Positions 12,264-27,300 are shown, numbered from the stretch's first letter. The stretch is DNA of 64,000 nucleotides from Lytechinus pictus (GCF_037042905.1 NC_087252.1:13084001-13148000), one strand, 5' to 3'. The notes: generated from the sequence alone by a model not told the origin. Numbers and translations are program-made.

Positions 12264-12303
12264 ATGGCGGATAGAGCGAAGGAAGGTGACGATGAAAGGA
12301 CAG
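12264..12303 (+). CDS. POU2F1: POU2 exon 1 ([13 protein letters not shown])
   Basis: caaaATGGCGGAT context in a CpG-rich patch, recalling the MAD- start of vertebrate Oct-1. The phase-1 donor AG|GTTCGG fits exon 2. Confidence 0.65.
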
Positions 12304-15300
12304 GTTCGGTCGACTTTACATATTCATATTTTCGATTTTTGAAGTAATTGATATTCATCCTAGGGCATTTAAACTTCTCTATTTGTTTTCTACTTTTTAT
12401 TTAATTTGGAATGATTTAAACTATTGAAGAAATCTTCTGTGGAAAAGAAAATGAAATGAAGTTGAGTCGAGGAACATTTTTATTTTGATGAAATTGGTGC
12501 ATGGTGTGGATCGCATCTCGCACGGATCGAAGAAGAGGGTTGCTCATGAGATGAGTGTGTGTATGAATGGTGTTTGTGTGTGCGTAGACTGCTTTCAGTG
12601 ACATTGCAATGTTATATCAGTGGCAGTGTGCATGTGTTTGTTGTTTGTTGTTGTTTTCTTGCCTTAGTCTTAGACTTAACTTTTACAAGATTGTTGTTTG
12701 CTTTTATAGTTTACTACAAATTTACAAGTTTGGTAGATGAGATTGAAATCTGTGCTGAGAATGAGCTGAATTGAGATTGAGAAAGGGAGCCTTAGAATTA
12801 GATTTATATATAACCAGAATTCCTAAAATAGTAAAAACCTTATCAAATTTGACAAAGAGAATATTTATAATCAAGTGCTTACTTGATGACAACCAGAATT
12901 TTACTCTATAAATATCAATTTACTAAGCGTGTAATATTAGATCAAGAAATACGATCTTTGTAGAGTAAAATTCTAGTTTGATGAGGGTCTTTGGTAAAAC
13001 GAGAGTACTGTTACATTAGTCTAGTTTGCATCTCAAAATTATAAAAGTTTGACTTGTACGAAACAATACAAGTTTGAAAAGTAGAGCATTGTAATTTTGT
13101 AGCCTTTGATTTATTAATATTCTGAACTGTAACTCAAACTGACTCAAAAAGGCAAAAGATAACAAAAATTTCAAGTAAGTAGGCCCTATAACTTGTAAAA
13201 AAAAATATCAAAGTCCATAATTCCTTTTCCGAGTACTTAAGAATGCAAGACAACTCGATTGTCTACTAGTACATGTATGTATGTAAGAAGACGTCTGCTA
13301 CATAATGATGATTATTATAATTAGGCCTAGTATAATTGCGATTGTAATTATGAAATTATTAATACACTGGTTAGAACGAGGCATAAATATCATGGTAATT
13401 TTGCCATCGAATGGTACTATGGTCAACAGCTAATAAAGGATTCCATGCAAGTTGCCATTGCATGGCAAAGTTTAATGCTTTTCTGCAACATGCCCAAGAT
13501 TCTTCTCTTTTTTTTGTATCTTATTTAGTACAAAAAAATGTTTAGCAAAACATTGATAAATCTAATAATGGTGTCTTGATATGAAACATAATATGAAACA
13601 ACTGCCAAGCAGGGGAAAGCATGTCTTCCAAGTTGAGAACTTGTTTGCAGTATGGAGAGAGGATTGTTCCAGGCAGAACATAATTTTTTTTACTATAATT
13701 TTGATTAATAGTGAAAATAATATCAGAAAAACATGTATTTTGTAAAAATGAGATGAAAATAAAAAGTGATGAATTTTCTACGTATGTAGTTTGATATTTT
13801 ATATTTTAATTTCTTCAGTGTCAAGCTTGTGAATTTTTTGCCATGGAATGACTTCTGAAGATACTGTAATCTACGGCATTGTGGTAATGTGTGTGAAAAT
13901 TGCTGTTTACAATTTATATAATGTTGCCATCAATGGAGTCATAATGACATAATTGTACCCGCTACTCAACCATTAATTAACTAATTATACTGGACTGTGG
14001 TGAAAATTGGGTAAAAGGGGAATTTCAAATGGAAAGCTGTTTAAAAAGGTTAGATTCCCTATGAAAAGTTTTATGAATGGAACTTTAGAAGGTACCAAGT
14101 ACAACAGATAGTATCAGGGGCCACGGTAACGGGGGGTAAGGGGGGGGGAGGTGGATTCAACCCCCTACTTTTTTCTGAAACTGAACAAAAACATTAAAAT
14201 TACCATGTGATTTTGGCCTTTTTGGGCATGGTCAGACCCCCCCCCCCTCTTTCAAAACCATGAACCGCAGCCCTTTGCTATTTTGACCTTACAGTACTAT
14301 TAACATTTAAAATTAACAACCATTTCATTTGAAGTCATGTCAATACTTAAATAGTATTTTGGGGGCAAAAAAATTTAAAAACAGTAAGTGAAAAAGAAAA
14401 TATTTCCCAAGGTTATTGTAGTTGTGAATCTGTGTTCTGAAATAATTATTTACAACACACGTTCTATATGTATGCATATAAACGCTTAATTAGCATGTAC
14501 ATAAAGAAATAGTCAAATAATGAATGCATGCCTTTGTTACCGAGAGCCCTATTAAAATTTACGCTTGCTAATGAGTCCGATGTTATGTAGATTAATTAGA
14601 TGAATAGTGAACTCGGTAATGAATTCAAAATGTTAAGAACTTACAATATGCAATATTAATTGTTAGGTACATGTTTTGAAAAATGAACATTGATAACAAG
14701 TATAATGGGTAATGGGTAGTTGGGTACTGATTCGAAATAATCTTAGACAGTCATTTCTCTTGTACCGGTACTTACTGTAAGTTTCTACATGTATATGTCC
14801 ATGTATTACATACAGGTATTTCTTTTCATGTTTCTTTTATGTGGCATGTACATGATGTACATAATGTAGGTTTACTTCATGTAATTTGCACTCAGTTTTG
14901 TGGGAAATCCTATTTCCAGTTGCAAGCCTCTCTGTAAACAAATTTCTAAAAAAATCAAAAGTTAAATGCCAATCGATGTGAAAATGCTGCAATCTTTGGT
15001 GAATACCAATTTTAATGTCAATCTTCATCAACACCACCATCACCTTTATCATTTTTACAATTGTTGGGAAATTGTCAAAAATATTGTTTAATGTCATCAA
15101 TTATTATGCATTCATGATGTGATCTAGCAAACTCATCTTGCCTGCTTTGCTCTGACTGACAGCAACAGCAGTGGCGGTAAACATGAAGCTGGTATTATCA
15201 TTGAAATCTTTATATTGCTTTGTGTTTAGTTTTGTAAACTTTCATTGTTTGAATGACATGAGTACCAGTTCATATTCCATGAAATGTAGACATGAATGAA

Positions 15301-18300
15301 GTACTGTAGGATCACTGTCCTTCACTGATCATGAACATTGCAAGAATTTCTGGTTGCATAATTCAGTCAAATGACATGAAAATCAGCAAACAATCTCACA
15401 AAAAGTAAATCAATATTTCAAAGATAATTTTGAAAGAGCATTAAAGGACAAGTCCACCCCAATAAAAAGTTGATTTGAATAGAAATATAGAAAAATCCAA
15501 CTGTTTAACACTGAAAATTTCATCAAAATTCGGATGTAAAATAAGAAAGTTACAACATTTTAAAGTTTTGCATAATTTCACCAAATAGTATACTTCTATG
15601 CATATCCCGGTCGGTGTGCAAATGAGGGAACTGATGACATCACTCACTATTTTTTCATTTTTTTTTTGTTACATGTATATGAAATATTCTACTTTTCTCC
15701 TGATTGTCCTGTGAAATAAAGTTTTATTTCTCCCTGAACATGTGGAATTACCATTTAACATTTTATGGTTCAGTCAAGCTGGTCCTTACTGTAAAATCTA
15801 ACCTTTTTCCTGTTCAATTATACTTCCAAATATGGCTCAAATTATTCGTTGAAGGAGAATCCCCCACAAATGCAAAGGTCATTTAAGGTCAGTACTGAGT
15901 AGTCTTTGATGAATGACACTTCAGACCTGTTTTGTAAGAACTCCACTATTTTGGAAACTGCAAACTACATGCACAATTGATGAATGTTAATGTTACCAAC
16001 CATGGTATTGGCACCTTGGCTTGTTTTATCTCATTCTTTATGAAACAGTAACAGGGTTTGGGAATTGGGATACCAGATGAATGACAGGTACAAAGGCTTG
16101 CTGCCTATTTAAGGTATAATTCAAGGTCAATAAACTTTGTACAATACAGATAAAAATATACTTGGCTTTAAAAAAAAAATCTATTAATTTCAAACAGCTC
16201 CCTTTAGCATAATACAGTGTAAAACTAAAAGTAAAGACTTTAATATACTATGGAATTACATTGTGTGCATTGTGCATGTTCATGTATGTACAATATAAGA
16301 AGTAGGCCTATATGCTTTTCACACTGCACTTTTTAACCTTAACCATTGGAAATTGGTGGGGCTAAGAGGGGGGGGGGGGGGGTCTTAGCCCCACCAATTT
16401 CCCGGGGTTAAGCTTAGCCCACTTTGTTTTCACACTACGTACAAGCAAAGTGGGCTACATATAGCACGGTAAATAGTACAGTACTATCTGGCCCTGCAAA
16501 AAAACAGGTTAGCCGACTTATTTTGGTGCTAGTGCTAAGAGATGTAGTGTGAAACGAAGTGGTGGGGCTAAGCATTAGCCAATCACAGATGTCGAAATTG
16601 CATGTTAATCACTTTCTGTCTGGTAAAATCATCAATATTCATGAGCTGTGTGATAGTCCGGGGTTAAGGCGTTGGCTGAGCAGATAGTATGGGGTTAAGA
16701 AAGGCAGTGTGAATTGAAAAAAAAGAAAGTAGGATAGTTCGGGGTTAAGGATAGTATGGGGTTAAGGAATGCAGTGTGAAAAGCATAATACTGTCCAATC
16801 TTACAAATTTACATTGAAGGGACACATTGTCAAGGGTGACACAACATTCGCTCCTGCAACAATTGCTCCAGGCTAATGTCTAAAGATTTTAGGTTAGGGT
16901 TGCAATAGGGTTTTATGTTGTTTGGTTTAGATTGAGGGTAGGGTAGAGGGATGGTCCAGGCTGGAGATATTTCAATCTCAATAAATAGAATAAAATTCAC
17001 AGAGCAAAATATTGAAAATTTGATCAAAATGGGAAAACAAATAAAAAAGTTATTGGATTTTAAAGTTTATCAATATTTTGTGAAAACAGTTAAATGCACA
17101 TCGTCATGAATATTATTCATCAGGTGGGCTGATGATGTCACATCCCCACTTTCCCTTTTCTTATGTTATTATATGAAATCAGAATGTTTCATTTTTTCAT
17201 ACATGTGTAAATGATGTGTCTCCATTATGATAAAATAAGTTGCGGCAGTAAATAACTAATGCACTATCAGTTGTCACTCCAATTGTTTTAGTTCTTGGTA
17301 GAAATTGTTTGAATAAACCTAATTTCATATAATAAAATACAAAAGAACAAGTGGGGATGTGACATCATCAGCCCACCTAATGAATATTCATATTTCATAA
17401 AGACATGCCTAGAATTGTTTCACCAGAATAATGCAAATCTTTAAAATTCAACAACTTCGTTATTTTGTTATCCAATTTTGATCAAGTTTTCAGCATTTTG
17501 TTTTGTGAATTTTACTCTATTTATTGAGATATAAATATCTCCAGCCATGACCATCCCTTAGAAGTCTGCCTGCCATACTTAGGGGGCATGCACACTGTTC
17601 ATGAGATCAAGATGCATTTTTCCCTTTTTTTTTCCATTCTGAATTCAATCACATAGAGCCTACCATTGCCAATTATCGCTATTCCATTTTAAAGTTGTGG
17701 ATACTCTTTAAATCTAAGAATTAGGGCCTTAAGTTTGGGTATATATATTCTCTGCATTGCAACATTTTTTTTTTTTTGGGGGGGTTGCAAATTCTTAGTA
17801 GGGTACTTTTTTTAGTGCAACCATCAATTAAAGATATTTTTCTTCAATTGCATAATCCATATGTCTCCGTTTGGCGTGTTGGCCTTAAATTGCAGGACGA
17901 GTGAGGAGGATGACTTTCAAGGGGGGGGGGGGGTCGTTGGGGTATTTTGGTTGAAAATATACAGTGTACTGAAACATGATTCAATGAATGTTTTTTCATT
18001 TGGTTACATTATGTGCAGAAAAACTCTATTAAAAATGAGCATTCAAAGCAGTAACATCATTGTACACCAACATGATTTTCTTCAGTGAAATTCGAAGATC
18101 AAAATGGTTCCCCCAGTGCACCTGCAGTACGTACAGTATACACTACACAAAAGGGCTCCATACTTTCCACCACTCACTGTCCTCCTATGTACACTTGTAT
18201 GCATGAGCCTTTTACCACATGCATAAATGCATAAAGAAGGCAGTCTGCCATTATGCAGTTTGCTCTGTACATTATGCATTATGCATGAAATCACCCACCA

Positions 18301-21300
18301 GACACAAGCCTCTTGTATGTGACAAAGGCATACACACACACACAGTGTGCATACAATATGCATGTACACACAGCGTTTAAACTCAGTGCTGATGGAAATG
18401 TATGAGAGGCTGTGCTGCACTGGGTGCCCTCTTGTATGCCCCCTGCTGTGTATGCATTTATGCAGAATTGAGAATCGTGTGTAGTGTATGGATACACAAA
18501 ATCCTATCCATGCACAAACATCAGCTTATTAGCATAATGGATTTAGGCTTGAAACCCAGTTGTTTCCAGGGTACATGTAGAATTCTTGCCCTTCAGACCA
18601 GTGGCCTTGGAGTGAATTTTTACCTACAGTGTAAAACATGTGATTTGGCAAGTCTTGGACTTGAATTTTTTTACAAAGTCTCGCCTCAATAAAAAATGGG
18701 AAATTATGAATGAAGTGCATGCCCATACCATACTCTGATTTGAACCCACAAGTTTGCCATTGCAAAATAGGATTTAGGACCTATACCAGAGCGCCACACT
18801 GATGAGCTGCTAAAGGGGGAACTCCTGGCTGACAATTTTGTGATTTGAACAGCTAAAGAAAAAAAAAACTTGTAAAAAAAACCAATGAAAATGTTATCAA
18901 AATGGGATATTGAATTATAAAATTAAAATTGCAGTTTTGTATTATTTGGGTGAAACTTTTCTATTCATCATGTCCTCGTGGATGCAATGAGCGGGCTGAT
19001 GACGCCATATTCCTCCAATCCTAATTCTTTTGTATTATAAAGTTATGCTTATTCAATTTTTTTTTATGTTCTCCATGTAAAAAGATATTGACTACAGGAC
19101 TGGTTTACTGTAAGATAGGCCCATCGCTGATACTTTTTTAACATAAGAAATAGATAAAATGTTTGTATTTGAACCAGGAGAGGGGTTTAAAGATAAATGC
19201 CAGTTGTGGTAACGATTTCAAAATGAGTTCGTACAGAATCCAATGAAATGACCATCAAAGTGTCTGTTTGAATAAATAAAAAATATGTGCCAAAGGATTC
19301 TGGAAGAAATTGTGTAATTGCTGAGAAATAAGCAAATAAGCACAGGATTTGGGTCAAGCGTCGGGCCGACATTCAAAGCAATAATAATACACTGTCCCAC
19401 GTGCGCTTATCTGTGTTGGTGATCTTCAGTGTGAACATTTTCAGCATAGATTTCAAGATTTTACAAAGTTGAGTTTATGTAACTGTACCAGATCTAGATC
19501 CTCGATGATATAGTGACAATTAAGCTTGGTTTTACACACTTTCTTGTGAAATCAGTGTTTACTGCAACTACTTTCATTTATCTTTAAACCAATAAATATG
19601 CAGAACTAACTAAAAAGAAAATATTAAAAAATCCTGTTTTTTTTAATTAAAAAAAAAAACTTTACAGCCACAATTTGCCACATTGAACTACAGGTCACAT
19701 TGGATCCTACATACATGTAGGTAGCAACAACATGAATTTTAAATTTTAGAAGAGTATGAAGTATTATTTACTGTATGACTTACATGTATAAATCGGTATA
19801 TATTCAAGGTTTCAACACCACAGCCCTTGTCAGACCCCCATGCATTCACAGCCATACCAAAGTTCACCAAATCCCAGGCCCCATTAGATCAGTCTAGATG
19901 AAGGCCGGTCCAAGAAAGTAAATGTGAACAGGTTTATAGACAGCCATGTTCTGTATACTGAACATGAAATTATGTTATCATACATTACAAGTTTTACAAA
20001 TTTATAAGAAGTGCATGAAATATAAGTGAAAGGAAATTGTTTTATAAACACAATTTCCTTTTCACTTACATTTCATGCACTTCATATTTTATCTTTAAAA
20101 AAAAAATATTGAAAAGAGTTAGATTCTGCAAACCCAAATGCATTCATTACATGCAATTCAATAGCTGTGCCGAAAGGCTTCCGAATTAATGTATTCTTCA
20201 CCTGTTTTGTTTTTCTTTCTTAGTTTCTTTCTTTTTTACTTAAAGGGGAATCCTACCCAAATAAAAACTTGTTTTTATAAGGAAAATAAAAAGTTGATAG
20301 GTGAAAGTTTGAACAATATTGGACAAACAACAAGAAAGTTATGAATTTTTAAAAATAGTAAATATTGGTAATCACTATACCCATGGAGACTTCAAATTGG
20401 CCGCATATGGGATATCATAGTGATGTAAGGCAAGGACTACTCTTCCATGTACTCCATTACATATTATGGCTAAAATGTCATTTTTCCCAAAAGTTTTATT
20501 TCAAATTATATTTTTCTTTCATGAGGACATAAAACAATATACTACCTGGGTTATATTTAGATTACTGCCCCAGGGGAATTGGTACTTAGGAGAAAACCAC
20601 AAATCCCTGATAATAAAGTACATGGCCTATTGGAAAGTTGTCCTTGCCCCTTGTCATAATTTACTTACTCAGTTGCCAATTTGAAATCTACATAGTCTTA
20701 GAGATCTCAATTTTAAAACAGCCATAACTTTCTTATTGCTTGTCCGATTTCTTTCAAACTTTCATCATTTTGTTTAATTTATTTTTCTCCTTCCCAACAC
20801 AACATTTTATGGCCAAGGCTGGGTTCCCCTTTAATTTCTTTCTATTTCACTCCTGACAGATTTACTGTGAATTTTACAAAAATGAACTTTTCAAGACATC
20901 TGGCACTCTGGCTCAACCCTTTCTCAATTATACAAAAAATAAAGTTTTTCATTCCTGCTTGTGATCGTAATACAGAATTCACATTTTGTTGTGCGTAAAT
21001 TACCGGTAAATATTCCTGTTTTGCTTCCCCCCCCCTAAAAAAGTATGGATAGCGGTAATTTCCGCAGAGACATTATGCCATGCAAAGCAAATGTTGAAAA
21101 TAAATGCAAGCCCCTTTAGCGAAAGCAGTCTCCCGTGATCATGAATTTTTCATTTCAGAAAAATATTCATGTCTTGTTTTCCTCTTTTGCTTTGGCTCTT
21201 TCAGGCTGGGTGCCCTGCTTCATTTTAAGTCCAATGTTTGCTGAATTAATTTCCATACATGAATAATGCAAAGGGCACACGGTGGAAAACTACATGTAGC

Positions 21301-24300
21301 TCACACAAACATGCATACACTGTCCATTCCATTTGAATTGTGTGGTAACAGAGTAAAACATTGAAATGGAATACAAAATCCTCTACCTCCCCCTCCCACT
21401 GCTGTCTTGTCCCACTCTCTCTTACGCACACACACACACACATGAACACCCCTTTTTGTCACGTGCATGGACCAATTGATAGGCTTTACAGCAGCTAATT
21501 AATTAATGAACTGTTAAATTATGACAATTTATGCGATTTTAATGTTGCTCATCATTGGAAATACTTTGAAAAAAGCATTTTAATCAAATCAACCACTGGA
21601 TTTATTTAAATCAAATAATTTTTCCCCACAATTGCTCAGGATGACAAGCTGGAAAGTGTTTACTTTAAACATGACATTTTTTAACACTTCGGCTTTGGAA
21701 ACCCCTTGCTTGAGCAATAACTTCTTCAGTTTTTTTTTACTTTTCGACCAACTTCCGGGTTAAAATATTGATTATTGATCCGTCAAGTCAATGCGTGACC
21801 GCACATTTAAAGGCAAATTGTTACTTTTTTTTTTAAAGTTAGCAGAAGGCCTTTGGTATTGTAATGCGTAGGCCTATGGTTTTGATAAATTTTTGGCTCA
21901 TGTCACATTTCCAATTTTGCACTAAATTGTGATATGAATGTGCAAGCCCTCAAACAGTCATTACGTGAAGGATATATTAAAAAAATGTGTTTATAGGATA
22001 AATTTGTTATTTTACATCAAAAACTGATTTTGATCGGTGAACGATCACAATCTGCCTATTTTTGTGTGTTTGTAAATTACATGTAACATATACAGAGCTG
22101 TACCCCAAGTGTGAAATGGGCTGAGTGATAATGTCAAGACATCTGTTAATAGCTTTCTGGAAAAAATCCACTTTAAGGTAATTGCTAAAATGGCTATAAC
22201 GTCAAAGAAGAGAGGGCTTTAGAAAAAAAAAATGCGTAATTTGAATTATTGCAAGGTTCCACACAGTAGCTATTCTTGGTGGCCCAATAGTTTCACAAAA
22301 TCATCAATTTCATATACTTGGTGGCCCGCAGAGCAAATTAAGTGGCCTGAAAACAATAGATAACAATTTATCAAAACTTTGGTAGCCCAACTGAACCACC
22401 AGGTGTGGGCTTTTTACAGAATTTTGGTGGCCCAACTCTCATTTTTGGTTGCCCCGGGCCACTAGCGACTACTACATGTACTTTAGTCCGTTGTGGAGCG
22501 TTGTGGCCCAGTGGATTAGTCTTCGGACTTTTGGGTTGTGGGTTCGAATCCCAGCCATGGCGTAATTTCCTTCAGCAAGAAACTGATCAACAGTGTGCTG
22601 CACTCAACCCAGGTGAGGTAAATGGGTACCGGTAGGAAGTAATTCCTTAAAAAGCTGTGTGCGCTATGATCGCCTAGCTTAGCCGGGTAATATAGGAGCG
22701 CCTTGAGCACCTAATACGGTGGATATGTGCGCAATATAAATATCCTATATTATTATTATTAATGTTTAGAATTTGAAATGATACTCAAGTACATTCGGAC
22801 CCTTTTAATACCAAAGTATTAGACAGGCTTTAAGTTAACATTAAACCTTGATTACCGGGTAATGTTTTTAGAGATTTTGATTTTGAATAAGTTATTTTTG
22901 ATTGAGTTTGGTCTTTAGAAAAAAAAGTTATGTTTTTCACTGTTTTTTTTTTCTGCCAATTTAAAGTAGATGTGTTATATTTGTTGTGTGGTATTGAAGG
23001 TAAACCATATAAACAAGCACTTGGATGACTTTCAAAAGTTTTCCAATTTTGGATCTGAAAATCGTCAATGTTGTACGTAGTTACCGGTATTTCTTCCATA
23101 CCGTTTTCCTCCAAGTGTCTAATTTTGCAGTATTCCCCGTGTTGAGAAAAATTTCCATTTTATTATTTTTTTCTTTCGTTCTGTGCAACCAAGCAGTATG
23201 ATGCTCAGCAATCAATTCTCTATCTCTTTCTTGTCCCATTCCCACTGTCATCCAAACTCTTTCAAATGTAAAACAAGGTGTCATTTACACTATTTGGATT
23301 TTTTTAAAAAGTTATTACTGAACAAAGATTTCAGGGATACTTTTTTTAATAGTACCTTGTTTGCTTGTACATTTTTTAAATACAATCTTCATTGGATATT
23401 TTAAAAATATATCATTTGAAAATATTTTTTTTCAAATAAAAGGGTTTAAAAATTATGAAAATCCTTTTTTTTTAGAAACAAGCTTTGTTTTCATATATAT
23501 GTTGATGTAGGACTATAAAACTTCTCGATATGAAGGAGAATAAAAGGATTCTTTATTTCACCGTGCACACATGCTTTACCAGAGATGTTCTTTATAATTA
23601 GCCAGTAATTCAATAAGTGAGATAAATACATGTATTGATATCTTGTGCATGTGAGTGAATTGAATTAAGGATTTTATTTAGCGAGTGTGAATTGAGCTCT
23701 GCATTCATAAGTTGGCGTGTGAACTAAGCTTTTCTATACTAAACATGGATTACATTTGGTAGTGCGAACAGGCCATAATATACATGTTGTATAAAACTTA
23801 CTGTGTTTGTGGATTGAATTTGGTAGTGTGAAGGGAGCTATAATGTACAATATAAATAAGTGGGAGTGTGAAGAGTGCTGTGCAATCAGAATGGATGTAT
23901 ATTCATAGCACGAACCGCCAGCGCCTTTGAATTATTCATGGTGCCGGTTCCTGGGGCTCGTGGGCATGGTTATCTTTATTCATGAAGAGGGAAAACTGTT
24001 GAGGCTCCCCTTTGGGGAAGTAGGCAAGCAACAGAGCCCTGCATGTACTGTATCTATATATTTGATATAAAAACTCCAGAACTTATCCAACAAGGGAGTT
24101 TTTCTTCATACTACTGTACATATCTTACCTGGGAGAGCACACATTTTTTGTTTTTTTGTTACTGTCTGGTATCCTGTTACGAAAAGATTTCCCCTCTCTG
24201 TTTTGTTGACAATTTGCCATTAAGCCCTTAGTCAAATATTGACATGCAAATTACATGTATATTAATTAATTAATTAGCTAAGCAAGGCCAATTAGAGGGC

Positions 24301-27300
24301 CTACATGTAATTAAAACAGACAAATTATGCAAGGTAATTTGAGGAGCTTCAAATTATTGAACAATTACGTGAGGAAAATAAACTAGAAAGGCAAAATTAA
24401 TCAATAATCATTTAACCAGTCAAACATCCTAAAAAACCTAGAAATGTAAAGACAAATAGCCAAGGTCATTTTAAAGTGCTTTAAATTGTAAAACAATAAA
24501 GCAAGAAGAAGGCAAAAAGAATGCTAAGTAATAAAGCAAAATAGCTATTAAAGGACAAGGAAAGGAACATAACACTGCATCCTGAAAGAGAAGCTGTAAA
24601 GAAAAAAGTTTAAGTTTCAAACCGAATATAAAAAAAGTGAGTGGCACCTCATACACTGTGACTGCAATAGCTGTAAGACACAGAAAAGATTCAATAATTA
24701 ATTCAGAAAGACTGGTATTCAAAACAAATTCACTTCAATACAAGGCGAAATCCCTAGACCTGTATGCCCTGAATGCGGGGAGAGGACTGGGGAAGCGATT
24801 GACTGCGCCACCATAGAATATGCAACTTTTCAAAAGTGGACATAAAAAGCAGTAAAATTTTGGCTTTTGAATGCCACCAACAGGGTTAGGAGAACCTAAA
24901 AACTAAATTAGTAATACTGGAGTAAGAAAGGCAAAGGTTATATATATGCAATCGCAAAAGGACACCAAAAGCACACAATTAGACGCTATTCGGGGGAGTC
25001 TTACTTCATGTAGTTCCGAGAAGCGATCTTAATTTTGCGGTAAATGAAATGGACATAAAGGACATGTATTTCGGAGATTTAATTCAGTATTAAACAAGAG
25101 TAATGAAAAAGTGTGTCCTGTTTAAAAGGTAAAAGACAGGAGTTGTGGCAAACAATTATTTTGTGAGAAAGTCTTTTAAATCAAGGTCAATTGTCAAAAT
25201 ATCATACATCTAGATCTGGTACATCAATGTAAACTTTAATTTGTAAAATCATGAGATCTCAAAATCAATAATTCTGATGATCACTTAAACACAGAAAAGC
25301 ATACATGGGACAGCGTATTAATATTGTTTCTAAAAATACCCAACATTTGATGGAATTTCGTGCTTGTTTGCCCATTTGTTCAGCAATTATGCATTTTTTC
25401 CAGAGCTATTTGGCAAATATTTTTTATTTATAGGCCTACATACAAACACTTTGGTGGTAATTTCATTGGATTATGTTTGAACTCATTTTGAGATCGTTAC
25501 TGCAACTGGTATTTATTTTAAAGAAATCTCTTTAAAAATGCTGTTGCTGGGAACTAAAATAAACACTCCCAAATAACATACTGTACATACAGTACAAAAC
25601 TATTTAAATACATGTTCAGATACTGAGAGCGAGAAAAACAATAACTTTTTAGCGTGACTTTTATGCTGTCAGGGCAAGTTTTATCTGTCCTCTTATACAA
25701 AGAAAATTGCAAACACACCTTCGAAAAGCCTTTAAATATATGAGTTTTCTGGACAATGAAGCTGTTCATGGCAATATCATGATAAAATGTTTTGCCGTAT
25801 TTTTATTGTGTGGCATTAGGCTTGATTGTTATTCAAACTTCTTTCAAAACGACTAATAATAGTATCACTAGATAAAAACCAAATGCAAAAATTCAATACA
25901 AATGGTAATTTCTCCTCGAGCTAATGCATTTCAATTACCATCCCCCCACACTTAATGCATATAATGGTGAAAATTATACAGTGCATGTTTTTATCGGCCC
26001 TTCTCTCGGAGAAGAAATTGCAAATGGAGCTTTGAAAGACCTTTTAAAAATGCATAACATGTGCATTGGAAACTAGTCATAAATATTTATTGGATGGAGA
26101 AATCGCCCTGGCAGAGCACTTTATAAAACAAGTGGCTTCCTAGATGAAAGTCATTTTGGGCGGAGAGTACAGTCGTAAGGAAGAAGTGGATTGTTTGAAA
26201 AAAGTTTTTTTTTTTTTTGGACGACCGACAGAGGCCTGTACTTATTACTGTTGTGTGCATTGGTGAGAGCATACATTAAACAGGTATTCATCAGGCTGAG
26301 ATTAGTGCATTAGTGTGAATTTTTACGGGCATTTTCATTTTATACAATATCCAGTGTTATTCAAATGCTAATTTTAATGTGTTATATGTGTACATGTAAT
26401 TTTATATTGTAATCAATTACATCATGCAGTGTTTCTTCCTATTTTCTGTAATATTCTCTTCTTTTTTTTTCAGCTTGCTTTATTTGATTATTTGCCTCAT
26501 TTTATTTTCATTCTACATACACCCGATTTCTTGTTTTTGTTTATAAATGTTATAAAATAAGAGAATGAAGTTTTCATTTCTCATCCTCTTTGATTTTTCT
26601 GCATCCATTTTAATTTTCTCCTTATTCTCCCCTTTCTTTCTTTGCTGTTATTTTTCTCTTACATGTAAGTCTGTTTCCTCTTTCGATCTCATCTACATGT
26701 ATTCATCCATACATCCTTTTGGGGTATCTTTTAGCCCTCTTTTCCCTTTTCTTTTCTTATTCTCATTTATTACCCCTCTCTTTTGTAGGTTTTTCCTCAT
26801 CTTTATCTTCATTATCATCATCAACTTCATCATCACCATCATTATCATCAACATCATCATCATCATCTTTATCATCATCATCATAATCATCATCACCGTC
26901 AACGACATCACCATCATCAATGTCATCATTGATCTTCATCTCTGTTCTTCATAACTCTTCATTATCATCTTTGTTTGTACAAGTAATAAAGAAAAACCCT
27001 TGCAGCTATGAATTGAGGAATACAACCTTTTAAAGAATCCGTTTCCAATAAATTACGCCATTTTCGTTAATTTATTCATTCATTTTCCATTTGAAACAAA
27101 TAAAATTTCTATACCTCTGTTTACATTTCAGGCGCCCTCATCATGAGTACCGAAACAGCTGAAAACTCACCTGCAAAGAAAAGTAAGTCCTCTTGGATAT
27201 GAAACTTGTTTGCATTCGGTGTGAATATCCCATTCTCTCTGTGTACTTTAAGGAAATATTTAATCTGACACCTTTGGTACAAATGGCAGTCCTTAAAGGA

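Noticed and set aside
16830..16946. Interstitial telomere (TTAGGG-like units; also near 53170..53260)
   Set aside because: Only a few degenerate units, inside a small dispersed repeat present twice in the window.
22495..22560. tRNA gene
   Set aside because: A and B boxes are present, but no full cloverleaf is evident and it continues into a SINE body and (TAT)n tail. The same applies near 55230..55294.
26565..26954. Hydrophobic 129-aa ORF resembling a membrane protein
   Set aside because: It comes from a pyrimidine-rich tract plus an (ATC)n repeat.
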